Origin: Rickettsiales bacterium
Lineage (GTDB): Bacteria; Pseudomonadota; Alphaproteobacteria; Rickettsiales; UBA3002
Length of the DNA stretch: 64,000 nt
Direction of reading: 5' to 3'
Assembly (NCBI GenBank): GCA_028281385.1
Contig: JANQJY010000098.1
Span: 11,180 to 75,179, forward strand
The notes below the pieces were generated by a model that saw only the letters and a program-made list of their open reading frames with translations, was not told where the DNA came from and did not search any database. A program made the translations under genes and the position numbers. How positions within the stretch are numbered: the stretch's first letter is position 1; each line of letters opens with the position of its first letter. Positions 42,409 through 51,880 of the stretch are shown here, piece by piece.

Positions 42409-43302
42409 TCAAAACCGCCCAAACCATTCCAACTTGATCATCCCGCCTTCCTGCGGCAGGGGCTGCTGCTGGTATTGCGCGGCGAAGGCGGCGCTGCCAA
42501 GATCGCATTTGGCGCGTTCGATCAATGCCGCGTCTTCGCGCGCGGGATGCAGCAACTCTCCGGCGTGGCGCCGATACGTGCCCCACGCTTCCTCTTCGCT
42601 CGCAATCGCCGGAAGTTTGAGCCATTCCCATCCGCCTTTTTTGAGCAGATGGCCGGCGACATCCTCCTCATGCAACCGCTGCATCACCACCACCATCACC
42701 CCGCGTTTTTTGTCATCCAGCCGTGTTGAGAAAGTATGGTCGAACCAGTCATTAACAAACCGGCGCGTGATCACGCTGGAGGCATGGAGCGGGTTCATCA
42801 CGTCATCGGCAATCAGCACATTGCCGCCCTCGCCCGTCGCCGTGCCGAAGATGGATGTCGCCATGCGCATGCCGCGCGTCGTGGTCACGAATTTATGTTT
42901 TTCATTCTGATCACGGCTCAGCTGCGTGTCGGGGAACAGCGTGCGATACCAGTGTGACTGCATGACCAGCCGGCAATCCATCGAATGTTTATTGGCCAGT
43001 GACTGTGCATAGCTTGCCGCCATGATCCGTTGCCCCGGGTCCTGGCCCAACAGCCAGGCCGGCCATGCGACGGACACAATAAGCGACTTCAGCGAGCGCG
43101 GTGGCAGATTGATCACCAGCCGTGTCATTTCTCCCCGCTCGCATGCTGAGAGATATTCTGCAATCAGTTCAATATGCCAGTTCGGCAGGTAGGTCTGTCC
43201 CGGGCAGGCGGTCGCAAAGACCTTCTCGATAAATGCTTTGAAATCGATACGCAGGTAGGCTTCATGAATAGGAGGCATAATAATATTCCAAACATTGAGC
43301 AA
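42409..43302 (-). CDS. large terminase, N-terminal ATPase half (split RcGTA g2-like gene)
   Basis: ..LVINLPPRSLKSLIVSVAWPAWLLGQDP..RIM.ASY...LA.KHS...R.. (PPRxxKS Walker-A-like) ..IADDVMNP..AAQYQQQPLPQEGGMIKLEWF then stop. Confidence 0.85.
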   Translation of the reverse strand: MLNVWNIIMPPIHEAYLRIDFKAFIEKVFATACPGQTYLPNWHIELIAEYLSACERGEMTRLVINLPPRSLKSLIVSVAWPAWLLGQDPGQRIMAASYAQSLANKHSMDCRLVMQSHWYRTLFPDTQLSRDQNEKHKFVTTTRGMRMATSIFGTATGEGGNVLIADDVMNPLHASSVITRRFVNDWFDHTFSTRLDDKKRGVMVVVMQRLHEEDVAGHLLKKGGWEWLKLPAIASEEEAWGTYRRHAGELLHPAREDAALIERAKCDLGSAAFAAQYQQQPLPQEGGMIKLEWFGRF

Positions 43303-43332
43303 ATGGCAGAGTGAAATGCGAAAAAACTAATC

Positions 43333-43376
43333 TTCACAGAACTGTCACACTATGTTTATGACGATTGTGTTACAGT
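43333..43376 (+). promoter_or_regulatory. box promoter j (ttcacagaactgtcacac, 20-nt spacer, tacagt)
   Basis: Upstream of 43451..44344. Confidence 0.6.
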
Positions 43377-43450
43377 AAAAAAATCAATAAGAGAGTCATT
43401 CGCGATCAGGGGCCTTTAAACGAATAAAAGCATACAACCCGCGGCATGGC

Positions 43451-44344
43451 ATGACTCAGAAGAAATCGTTACTACCCCATATCAACATTCACATCCATAT
43501 CGGTGACGGAAAGTCTTCATCTGCTCCGTCCACGGCGGTTCATGTCAACGAGCTAGTGCATAACGGCCATCCCTTACCGCATGTTGAGCTGAAAGAACCC
43601 GATGACGGCAAGCCGGTTGAGTCATTCGCTTCCGATGTTGCGATGATTACGGTGAAGTTACCCAAAGTCCGCGCACCCGATCTGTTGCATGCTTTCAAAA
43701 CCAATCACCTGTTTGAAACGCCGGATGAGCAGATGCAGGCCGCTTATATGCGTCATACCTTGCATCAGACCATGGATGACATGCTTAATCAGACCTTTGG
43801 AAGAGCGTTCGCACCGGATTATCCTGTGCCAGAGCGGTCGGCCGGGGCCGGAGCGATGGCGAAAAATTCCGTGCCGGAGCGGTCGCGTTTGCGAAATGCT
43901 GACCAGGCATTGAGCAAGTGGCGGAGCGACGGCGAAAAAAATGATTCCCATCATAACGACACCCTGCACGCCATTTACAAAACCGTGCATCAGGCGATGG
44001 TCGAGATTCTGCGCGGTATCTCCTTATTGCGCATTCCGCCGGATGACCTGTTTCATCTGCAGGATGCGCTACGTGATCATGCGGTGATGGCATCGGGCCA
44101 TACCGACGCCAGCGGCAAACTCTGTACCAATACGCTGAAGCGCCATATTCTGAAAGACCCGCGCGTGCAGAAATTCCGCGAGAAGCATGACCCGCGTCAT
44201 GCCCATTCATCCAACATGGACTATCATCCCGACACCGGCATGCCGTCACGCACCGTGCTCGCCGCCACTTGCCACAGCCACGGCCGTTCGCATGCGCATG
44301 GTACTTTCCTGGGCTTTGATCTGCCGTCTATTCACTGGCATTGA
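43451..44344 (+). CDS. hypothetical protein (297 aa), His-rich C-terminus, with in-frame repeat insertion
   Basis: ORF; box promoter at 43333..43376; aa about 125-165 are encoded by family-A units. Confidence 0.5.
   Translation: MTQKKSLLPHINIHIHIGDGKSSSAPSTAVHVNELVHNGHPLPHVELKEPDDGKPVESFASDVAMITVKLPKVRAPDLLHAFKTNHLFETPDEQMQAAYMRHTLHQTMDDMLNQTFGRAFAPDYPVPERSAGAGAMAKNSVPERSRLRNADQALSKWRSDGEKNDSHHNDTLHAIYKTVHQAMVEILRGISLLRIPPDDLFHLQDALRDHAVMASGHTDASGKLCTNTLKRHILKDPRVQKFREKHDPRHAHSSNMDYHPDTGMPSRTVLAATCHSHGRSHAHGTFLGFDLPSIHWH
43822..43941 (+). repeat. family-A short unit plus long-loop unit in frame in 43451..44344
   Basis: Translated PVPERSAGAGAMAKNSVPERSRLRNADQALSKWRSDGEK. Confidence 0.85.
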
Positions 44345-44360
44345 GGGGAAAAGCGAGCAT

Positions 44361-45653
44361 CTAATGTTTGGTCATTCCTTCTTCCTGTGACGGAAGTGAT
44401 TGAAGCGTAAACTTGATCAACCCGTGCACACGCTGTTTAAAACTTAACCGTTCATCTTTTTCCATATCCTGAGTAGCATCTTCTATTTTTTCATGTAACA
44501 GCTCTTTATATACGGCTATAACTTCTTGATTTAAACCAGCCCAATGCGTATTCTCCTGAGAGATGGAAGCAGTGTCGCCTGATCCGGATAAATGAGCCAC
44601 CCTTTGTATTTCTGAAACGATATCGACCACAGCATTAATAGAAGGCCCCAATAAATCTCTGTTATTCTCTTTCACATGATTAACAAATGTTTCTATTGCC
44701 TTGCCCAATTCGTTATATTGCTCAAGGATAACTTTTGTAACCCCGTATTCCCTTACTTTATCCGGACGGTCTGTAATCGCATTGATGCGTCTGGCAAAGG
44801 CAACTGCTTTTTCATGACTCTCCGCCTCCAGCTTCGCCAGCTCCCGGTCAAAAGCCTCGTCAAACAAAGTTTCGATTATTTCATACGGCCTATGCAATGC
44901 TTCTTCTAAAGTACAGCCTTCCGATCTGTGCCCTTCCAGAATATGCCAGGCCATGGATGGTATACATACTTCAACCTCATCTATGTATTTTTCGGCAGCC
45001 GCTTTATCGCCCTCTTTTGCTGCCCTGACTACCTTGCCAATAGCTGCGGCAACAACATCAGAAAGGCGCTGGATATGCTCACGATGTTCTGCAATTCTTA
45101 ACCTCGTATGCTTTATGACAATACCGGCAGCATCGTCTCCAATCTCTTCACCTGCTAAAAACGTAGAAATTCTACGTCCCAAAACCTGTTCTCGTTCATC
45201 CGGTGTCGGCACGGAAATCTCTGGCTTCTCCGGCATCTCAATCACATCTTTTGCCTGTACTACGTCTTCATCTGCTTTTTCTACAGATTGACGCAGCAAC
45301 TCAATAGCCTTGCTTTTTGCTTCTCCCTGTCTGCGAAGAAAGTCTATTCTATCTGCCTTGTTTAGCGAGCTGCCATCCATTGTTTGCGCTCTTATAGCGC
45401 TTGCAGCAGCCTCTGCATCGGTCCGTAATGCGCGCTCATCTATCCCTCCCTGACTCTTAGCTATAACTTTTTTCACATGACTTGTATGCACGCCAAGCGC
45501 TAATCCGAGTTCTGTCTTCGGAATATCTTCTTCCGTGATCCCTTTCTCCCTTTTAAAACGGGAAATCTCATCTGCCGTGGGAAGAAATACACCTCCCTTG
45601 CTGCGTTTAAATTGCGGCGTTCCATCTTTGCCTTCTTTATCTTCCTCGTCCAT
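44361..45653 (-). CDS. hypothetical protein (430 aa), helical, A+T-rich
   Basis: Long ORF; no domain recognised. Confidence 0.55.
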   Translation of the reverse strand: MDEEDKEGKDGTPQFKRSKGGVFLPTADEISRFKREKGITEEDIPKTELGLALGVHTSHVKKVIAKSQGGIDERALRTDAEAAASAIRAQTMDGSSLNKADRIDFLRRQGEAKSKAIELLRQSVEKADEDVVQAKDVIEMPEKPEISVPTPDEREQVLGRRISTFLAGEEIGDDAAGIVIKHTRLRIAEHREHIQRLSDVVAAAIGKVVRAAKEGDKAAAEKYIDEVEVCIPSMAWHILEGHRSEGCTLEEALHRPYEIIETLFDEAFDRELAKLEAESHEKAVAFARRINAITDRPDKVREYGVTKVILEQYNELGKAIETFVNHVKENNRDLLGPSINAVVDIVSEIQRVAHLSGSGDTASISQENTHWAGLNQEVIAVYKELLHEKIEDATQDMEKDERLSFKQRVHGLIKFTLQSLPSQEEGMTKH

Positions 45654-45843
45654 AAGACACCTCGTCTTTCATTATTTGTAACCAGTTCTAACATTATCAT
45701 TATAAGAAACTTCTACGTGCCGTGTGTTAAATCTTTATGAAAATATGCTAACGGCTAATGGTTAACGACCAACAAACCAAGATATTTGCCTTTCCTCGTA
45801 AAAATCGTTATCTTATGAATAATAAACAAGCGGATAACGGGGT

Positions 45844-46116
45844 ATGGTGGAACAGAAACGCTCATTTGCCGATCAGGTAATTGCCAAAAAAGGTCATTTG
45901 ATTCATAAGCTTAAGGCCAAGGACTCAACCGGCCGCTGGGCCTATTATTTCGTGCTGGTCGAGCCACCGAAGGAGCAGTCGTTCCTCAAGGCCATTCAGG
46001 GGGAAGGGATGATCGATCTGGAAGATTACGGCAAAGTCATCGCCTCATGCTATGGTGAGGAACCCTCGCAAGACATCAAGGACATGATGAAAGAGCGCTA
46101 CGGCTTTGATGTGTAG
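45844..46116 (+). CDS. small conserved hypothetical protein, paralogue of 25486..25836
   Basis: See alignment under 25486..25836. Confidence 0.55.
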   Translation: MVEQKRSFADQVIAKKGHLIHKLKAKDSTGRWAYYFVLVEPPKEQSFLKAIQGEGMIDLEDYGKVIASCYGEEPSQDIKDMMKERYGFDV

Positions 46117-46126
46117 TTATCCGTCG

Positions 46127-46642
46127 TTATATGCCTGGGCGTCCGACAGTTCCCGCCACCGGCGGCGATAAGGGAGAAAGGGCTGGGGAAAGCTGTCCAA
46201 GCCGTGTTGTCCCCTTTCCGATTGAGGAAATATTCACTGGACAGTTTTTATCATCTCCAATAAACATTGTTTTGTCACCTTGCTTACTAAAAAAGAACCC
46301 TCTGCGCATGATTTGCGGAACGATGCGGGTCTGCCCCGTGGCTGGGTTAAAAATCTGCAAATCTACAAAAGAACCACCCGGCCCACGAATGTGCTTAGCG
46401 GCTTCCGTAACGGATCCAAGCTCTGTGAAATCCGATTGCTTCTTTGGATCATATTCGCGAACGCCTAATATCACTTCACCCTTTTTGGCAAGGCCCCATA
46501 GATGGGAATCTGTTGATATGTCGTCAACACTCGCTTTACCCACATATCGAGCGGTATGACCCTCGGGATCGGAAAAATCGATATGAAGAGAAGGGGAGAG
46601 AACGACCCCAATACCACACCATCTTTCCTGTTCATCTGCCAT
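46127..46642 (-). CDS. hypothetical protein (171 aa)
   Basis: ORF; box promoter at 46736..46778. Confidence 0.45.
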   Translation of the reverse strand: MADEQERWCGIGVVLSPSLHIDFSDPEGHTARYVGKASVDDISTDSHLWGLAKKGEVILGVREYDPKKQSDFTELGSVTEAAKHIRGPGGSFVDLQIFNPATGQTRIVPQIMRRGFFFSKQGDKTMFIGDDKNCPVNISSIGKGTTRLGQLSPALSPLSPPVAGTVGRPGI

Positions 46643-46735
46643 ATTTTCTGGTCTCTTCCTCTCTATGGTCCAACGGTAACCTGATCGGCCATTAATCTAT
46701 TTCTCATTTTATTGCCTTTGTAACAGGATAACCAC

Positions 46736-46778
46736 ATCATATAAGTTTATGATGACATCTGGATGACAATTTCATGAC
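46736..46778 (-). promoter_or_regulatory. box promoter k (gtcatgaaattgtcatcc, 19-nt spacer, tatgat)
   Basis: Upstream of 46127..46642; additional ATGACA copies at about 11-nt phasing. Confidence 0.45.
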
Positions 46779-46900
46779 AAACGGGAATGAAGATTATGAA
46801 TAAGATATCATTCTTTTTCTTCACGCAAATGTCACACGCAGCCTCTTTTGATAGCTTATAATAAGACTCAATAGTGATCTAATATAACGGGAGGAAAGCT

Positions 46901-47662
46901 ATGACAAAAGATACAAAAGAACCTATTGATATCACAACATTTGAGGGTGTTGCCACACCAAAAGCCGGAGACGTACAATGGCTCAAATGGTCTGATTCTG
47001 AAGAACCACAGAAAGTAGACATACGAGCCTGGGTAAGTGATCTGGTGTCTAAAACGCGAACGACAACTCAAAGAGGGGGAAACGTAACCATCGGTGCCGC
47101 TGCTGTATGTGACAATGATGAAGTAGTGTACAAAGAGTTTGGGCTGCCAATACCAGGTTCTCATAGTCCTGAATTGAGAGCTCTTGTACAAAAGCTAATG
47201 ACTGGTCGCGCATTAGAAACAGTGATTGAACCAGTCATGAAAGCAGCATGTAATGTATCAGCTTCTCCGGAAGAACTTAAGAGCGGGAGCCGGTATGCAC
47301 ACCGCGTCAATAGTGCGCTTATAACAGAGACACCTCCCCCACAAAAAAACGAATCTGGTACAGGATCCAAAGAAGACACCCGATTTGGAACAAACAATCT
47401 TATTATTTGTGATAAGCAACGTATATATCCGCTATCTATGGAAGTGCCTCTCGATAATGCAACACTGGACGGAATGAAAAAAGCCACAAGAGAGGGAGAC
47501 AGTTCAAAATCATTCCCACAGTTAAAATTGGAATATCTGGCAAAAACGATTGCAGATGTTGGTGAGCACGTATGTAAAGATAAGGGTGCCTCAGCAGTAA
47601 CCTTTACCTCTGTTCCAAATGGGGAAAGCTCGGCATTGGAAAAATCGGGTCCAACTCGTTAA
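46901..47662 (+). CDS. hypothetical protein (253 aa)
   Basis: ORF with GGGAGGAAAG RBS. Confidence 0.5.
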   Translation: MTKDTKEPIDITTFEGVATPKAGDVQWLKWSDSEEPQKVDIRAWVSDLVSKTRTTTQRGGNVTIGAAAVCDNDEVVYKEFGLPIPGSHSPELRALVQKLMTGRALETVIEPVMKAACNVSASPEELKSGSRYAHRVNSALITETPPPQKNESGTGSKEDTRFGTNNLIICDKQRIYPLSMEVPLDNATLDGMKKATREGDSSKSFPQLKLEYLAKTIADVGEHVCKDKGASAVTFTSVPNGESSALEKSGPTR

Positions 47663-47722
47663 TAGCTCCCATCATACCACGGCTTGATCACAGCATTCAG
47701 CAATGATCGCCGCACGGCCCTA

Positions 47723-47752
47723 GACCCCGTAAGTCACGCCACGGGGTGATGA
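47723..47752 (-). repeat. TCATCACCCCG-type hairpin
   Basis: Reverse complement is tcatcaccccgtggcgtgacttacggggtc. Confidence 0.4.
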
Positions 47753-47770
47753 TATGAATGTCATCAAACC

Positions 47771-47814
47771 TTCATTAAGCTGTCATCATAAAGCTTAAAG
47801 TAATAGGTTAGACT
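47771..47814 (+). promoter_or_regulatory. box promoter l (ttcattaagctgtcatca, 20-nt spacer, tagact)
   Basis: Upstream of 47850..48455. Confidence 0.55.
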
Positions 47815-47849
47815 AAAAGCCGAATCAATACGAACAAGAGAAGAACGCT

Positions 47850-48455
47850 ATGACCGACTACCCACCACCATCTCCACCACCGGCAATTATTGCGCCTGCT
47901 CCTTTAGAATACCGCCACTCGAATTTGTCTGCAAATGCTTCTAATCCAACAGACTTGGCAAATCGCATCGCAAGAGCAGAACGATCGCTGTATAATGAAA
48001 TGTCTGATACATTCAGAGGTACAGCTCTTGAGGGGCAGTTTCCGGCTTCTCCCTACGGTCTCATCACCATGGCAAACGACGGTCCAGAAAATAGGAAGAT
48101 ATTCGTAAAAATACTTGAGATTTGGTATGGTTCGAAAGGCTCTGCATTCCCATTCCCCTCCCGTTTAATCGGCGCAAATCCAGATGGCACTTCCGTGTTA
48201 ACAAAGGATTTATTAGTACCCTATGTCAAAATGCTTGAGCAAGCGGCACAAGACAACGCACTGGGTAAGCTTGTAGAAGCCAAAGCCATGGAGGAATATG
48301 GTGATCTATCTACAGCCAATGTCAGTGATGAAAACCCCAAAACACAAAGAATGCTTAATGCTGCACTCGAAGAACTTTATGCTAATCTTCTCACTAAATT
48401 AAGAAAACAATCAGAAGCACAGGACCATGATGCTGGTGGTCAGCGTCAACTCTAA
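47850..48455 (+). CDS. hypothetical protein (201 aa)
   Basis: ORF; box promoter at 47771..47814. Confidence 0.5.
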   Translation: MTDYPPPSPPPAIIAPAPLEYRHSNLSANASNPTDLANRIARAERSLYNEMSDTFRGTALEGQFPASPYGLITMANDGPENRKIFVKILEIWYGSKGSAFPFPSRLIGANPDGTSVLTKDLLVPYVKMLEQAAQDNALGKLVEAKAMEEYGDLSTANVSDENPKTQRMLNAALEELYANLLTKLRKQSEAQDHDAGGQRQL

Positions 48456-49651
48456 ACAAACATTCCGTCCAGATGCAGTTCTATCGCCGCGAGTGTATCG
48501 CCGTCGCGCGCATCGACGGTAAAGCGCCAGTGGCTGACGGCAAAATCATACAAATAAAATTCACCCATCAACACCTCGCCCTGCGTGACTTTTACCGCGG
48601 TGGTCATGATCGAACTGCTGATGCTGGTCGCGCCGATTTGTGCGGGGTTGACCTGGCGCACATCGACGAACATCTCACCCAGATACTGATCATTAAACTG
48701 GATCAGAATCTCATCGCCGGCGCTATAGCCTTTGATCGCCGCGCGGTCTACACCGCCGGTCGAGCGTGCATTCGCCACATCGAAGATAAACTGATCGCTC
48801 TCGCTGCCATGGCCGGTATCTTCGATAATCACGTCAAATCCGGCGCCGATGATATAGCTGTCGCTGCCCACACCACCCTGCATCGTATCATCGCCATGGC
48901 CGCCGAACAGTGTGTCATCACCTACGGTACCCGTCAGCAGATTATCGCCCGAATCGCCGACAATTTGGTCCTGCACGACACTACCGGTCAGGTAATATTC
49001 CGCCATATCCTCGCCCAGCGTCATCAACCCTTCGGTGCTGAAATGCAGCGCATCCTGTTGCGGCAGGCCGGTAGTATCGACCAGATAGACATCCGTCTGC
49101 TGATCGCTCACATTCGATTGCGCCACGCGTACCTGTTGCCCGGCTTCACCGAGCATTTCAATCGGTGCCGTTTGCGCAACATAGACCGGCAGCGCCCCCA
49201 TCTCAGCGCGCACCGCCTCGATAAACCCGCTTAAGTTCGCCTGATATTTTGCTGCGGCAGCGGTATTGAATCCGTCGCTTTCGCCCTGAATCCAGAACAG
49301 TCCCTTCACATCCACTGTGATGCCCTGCGCCGCATAGTCTGTGACTAGTGCCGCATAATCCGCTATCATTTTATCGAATAATTCGCCTTGTGATTCAGGC
49401 GCCCAGTCCAGCCCGTCATTCGCTTCCAGTGCCGTATTGCTCCACGCGCTTTTCAGAATGACAAACGGACCATTGCTCTCAGCGGATAAGACCTCCGCAA
49501 ATCCATATTCCGGGCCGATGGTATCCAACCCGTTGGTATTGCTTTTAACAAGCCGCACCTGTTCCGGCAATGGCGCTACATGACCTGTCGGCGTCAACCC
49601 TACCGCATTGGACTGACCGGCAAATATATAGAGCGGTATCGTCTCTACCAT
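48452..49651 (-). CDS. SGNH/sialate-O-acetylesterase-like (GQSN motif) domain fused to RTX repeats
   Basis: N-terminus IPLYIFAGQSNAVGL.. (SASA/CE6-type motif); C-terminal half GDSGDNLLTGTVGDDTLFGGHGDDTMQGGVGSDSYI. Confidence 0.7.
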   Translation of the reverse strand: MVETIPLYIFAGQSNAVGLTPTGHVAPLPEQVRLVKSNTNGLDTIGPEYGFAEVLSAESNGPFVILKSAWSNTALEANDGLDWAPESQGELFDKMIADYAALVTDYAAQGITVDVKGLFWIQGESDGFNTAAAAKYQANLSGFIEAVRAEMGALPVYVAQTAPIEMLGEAGQQVRVAQSNVSDQQTDVYLVDTTGLPQQDALHFSTEGLMTLGEDMAEYYLTGSVVQDQIVGDSGDNLLTGTVGDDTLFGGHGDDTMQGGVGSDSYIIGAGFDVIIEDTGHGSESDQFIFDVANARSTGGVDRAAIKGYSAGDEILIQFNDQYLGEMFVDVRQVNPAQIGATSISSSIMTTAVKVTQGEVLMGEFYLYDFAVSHWRFTVDARDGDTLAAIELHLDGMFV

Positions 49652-49872
49652 CAGTATATCTTCTGTGCGTTATGTGTTATCCAAAGCATCTTTATGCCTC
49701 ATCCGCTTATCACAGAGAAAGATGAAAGAAGGGTTAATGCCAAAAACAGACGTTTTTTCCGTTATACTGTGGCAGTATATAATTACCCCGGTTGAGAAAA
49801 CGGCTCTTTCACAACCGCTTTATGTCATAAATAGTTCATCTAACTATTTGGGTATTCTGTTAAAATAGTATA

Positions 49873-50520
49873 ATGTCAAAACTACGTGACAGATACATAC
49901 CCTCTTCTGAATGGACCGACCTGCCGGATAGTTTCGGCGAGCTTCTCAAGCAGTTTCGCAAAGCTATACCTGCAGAAGATAATCCGAAATACTCCATACA
50001 GAAGCATTACTTTTTTGATGCGCTGGAGTTGCCGGTGTCGCGCTCATCGTCATCAAACACATCCAAAGAGAAGATAAGAAGTCATAAAGCTAACTATATT
50101 AACTGTCTTGAAGGTCGTCCCCCTTCACATGCCGTTTCCGTCAAGAACATATTTGACTTTGCTCGTTATTTTAAACAACAAGAGTTGTTTGACGTACCGA
50201 TAAAAACGCAAGACAAGCTCAATGTGCCCCAGCATTATTTCAGACTGGCCCTTAAACAACTGGCGTCTCAACGGTTACACCAAGTGCTTCCTGCTGATTA
50301 TGTAACCAGAGAACAGATCCTTTACCGTGCATTGAAGGAAAGATTTATTTCTGCTTCCGAACGTGACAAATTGAGTGAGCTATGCACCGAAGAAGCAGCT
50401 CAAAATGAGCATGATAAGACGCTTTCAAAATACCCTACCCCAGAAATCAAACAGGGGACCACCGATTTACTTGGTACGGCAACATCAGAGCCAACAGTGC
50501 ATAGGAACGCAGCGGAGTAA
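49873..50520 (+). CDS. hypothetical protein (215 aa)
   Basis: ORF only. Confidence 0.45.
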   Translation: MSKLRDRYIPSSEWTDLPDSFGELLKQFRKAIPAEDNPKYSIQKHYFFDALELPVSRSSSSNTSKEKIRSHKANYINCLEGRPPSHAVSVKNIFDFARYFKQQELFDVPIKTQDKLNVPQHYFRLALKQLASQRLHQVLPADYVTREQILYRALKERFISASERDKLSELCTEEAAQNEHDKTLSKYPTPEIKQGTTDLLGTATSEPTVHRNAAE

Positions 50521-50647
50521 CGGCTTATATCAATCGGATATCTATTTATCCCGAGAAAAATACTTTGCAGCGCAGTATATTAACGGAATTTTTACCTTTT
50601 ATCGCTATACTGAGGAATACAGCCAAAAATAAGAGAAAGACCTGCTC

Positions 50648-51418
50648 ATGCAACGCGACACTCAGGATTTTATTGATATTCTTCAGGGGTTTTTTGATCA
50701 ATATATGGGTTCGGGCGTTCTGTTTCCGGAATTTCAGGAAACCGTGACCGATGCCGCGCTTCAGGTGTTGGGCCATCCGGATGTCGAGCATGTACCCGGC
50801 TATAAGATCACTTCGCTGATGGCCGATATGGTCAATATCGCGGCGAGTATTTCCTCCGATGGCTGGCTGACGAATGACGAAGCACTGGCGCGGCTGGAGT
50901 CGCATCTCGACCTGAGCGGCCCGCTGATTCAGTATTTTCTTGCCGATGCCCGTATCGAGCGCGCACGCTATGAACCGGTCATGTTGACCGAGGACCATAC
51001 AAGCCCGGCCACAGAACGCAATGCGATTCTGAATGAGCGCTTTCACCGGATGATTGACGCACGTCAAACCTACAGTCCGCTGCCACATTCCTTTGTCGAT
51101 GAAATTGCCGAAGCCGCCGAGTTGGCGATCCAGGCAGATGAATTCCGCTATTATCGCTCAGGCCCGATGCTGCAGTTTTTTGCCGATATGATTCAGCAAG
51201 CCGATATGATCGCGGAAGATACCTTCGATGAGGACGAAGGAATACAGCGCCTGCGCCGGATACTCAGTGATAATGGCCGGCTGTGGAAGATTTACCGCGC
51301 CAAATCCGCACGTTTTTCCGCACCGGACGGTGACCCGCTTTATGAAGAGGAATTTGCCAGCAAGGCCAATATGCTCTTCATTCCCGATGCGGACCCCATG
51401 CATCCGACCTTTCATTGA
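50648..51418 (+). CDS. hypothetical protein (256 aa)
   Basis: ORF only. Confidence 0.5.
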   Translation: MQRDTQDFIDILQGFFDQYMGSGVLFPEFQETVTDAALQVLGHPDVEHVPGYKITSLMADMVNIAASISSDGWLTNDEALARLESHLDLSGPLIQYFLADARIERARYEPVMLTEDHTSPATERNAILNERFHRMIDARQTYSPLPHSFVDEIAEAAELAIQADEFRYYRSGPMLQFFADMIQQADMIAEDTFDEDEGIQRLRRILSDNGRLWKIYRAKSARFSAPDGDPLYEEEFASKANMLFIPDADPMHPTFH

Positions 51419-51514
51419 TGAGCCGCTAGTCTTTCGTAGAATCAGGAATCTGGAAAGTCAGGGTCTGGAAGTTCGCACTCTGCACTTACATAACCATTTC
51501 TGAATTTCAATTTT

Positions 51515-51859
51515 CTAGATTCCAGTTTCCCTACTCTTCCACCGCTTGACTGCCCGTTCCATGCGCCGCCAGTCTTCATCCGTCATCTCCGGCACGGTGC
51601 GTTCCGCCGTTGCCTCGACTATTCTGCGCTCTTTTTCCTCCAGCTCCAGCAGCGTTTTCTGCATGGACACCAGTTTGCCCAACACGCTTATCGCACTGTC
51701 CTTACCGAAATAGCGTCTATAGGCTTCCGGCAACTCTTGCGCGTCTGGCTGCGTCATGAACTCTCTTAATGCCTTAATACAGCAAGGAAGCATTCCTCTC
51801 ATACTGTCCACTGTGACACGCATATCATCCGGTGGATGTTTCTGGTCATTTTTGGGCAT
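51515..51859 (-). CDS. hypothetical protein (114 aa)
   Basis: ORF 21 nt downstream of 51881..53299 on the same strand. Confidence 0.4.
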   Translation of the reverse strand: MPKNDQKHPPDDMRVTVDSMRGMLPCCIKALREFMTQPDAQELPEAYRRYFGKDSAISVLGKLVSMQKTLLELEEKERRIVEATAERTVPEMTDEDWRRMERAVKRWKSRETGI

Positions 51860-51880
51860 CTTACTTTACCTTTCATTAGA

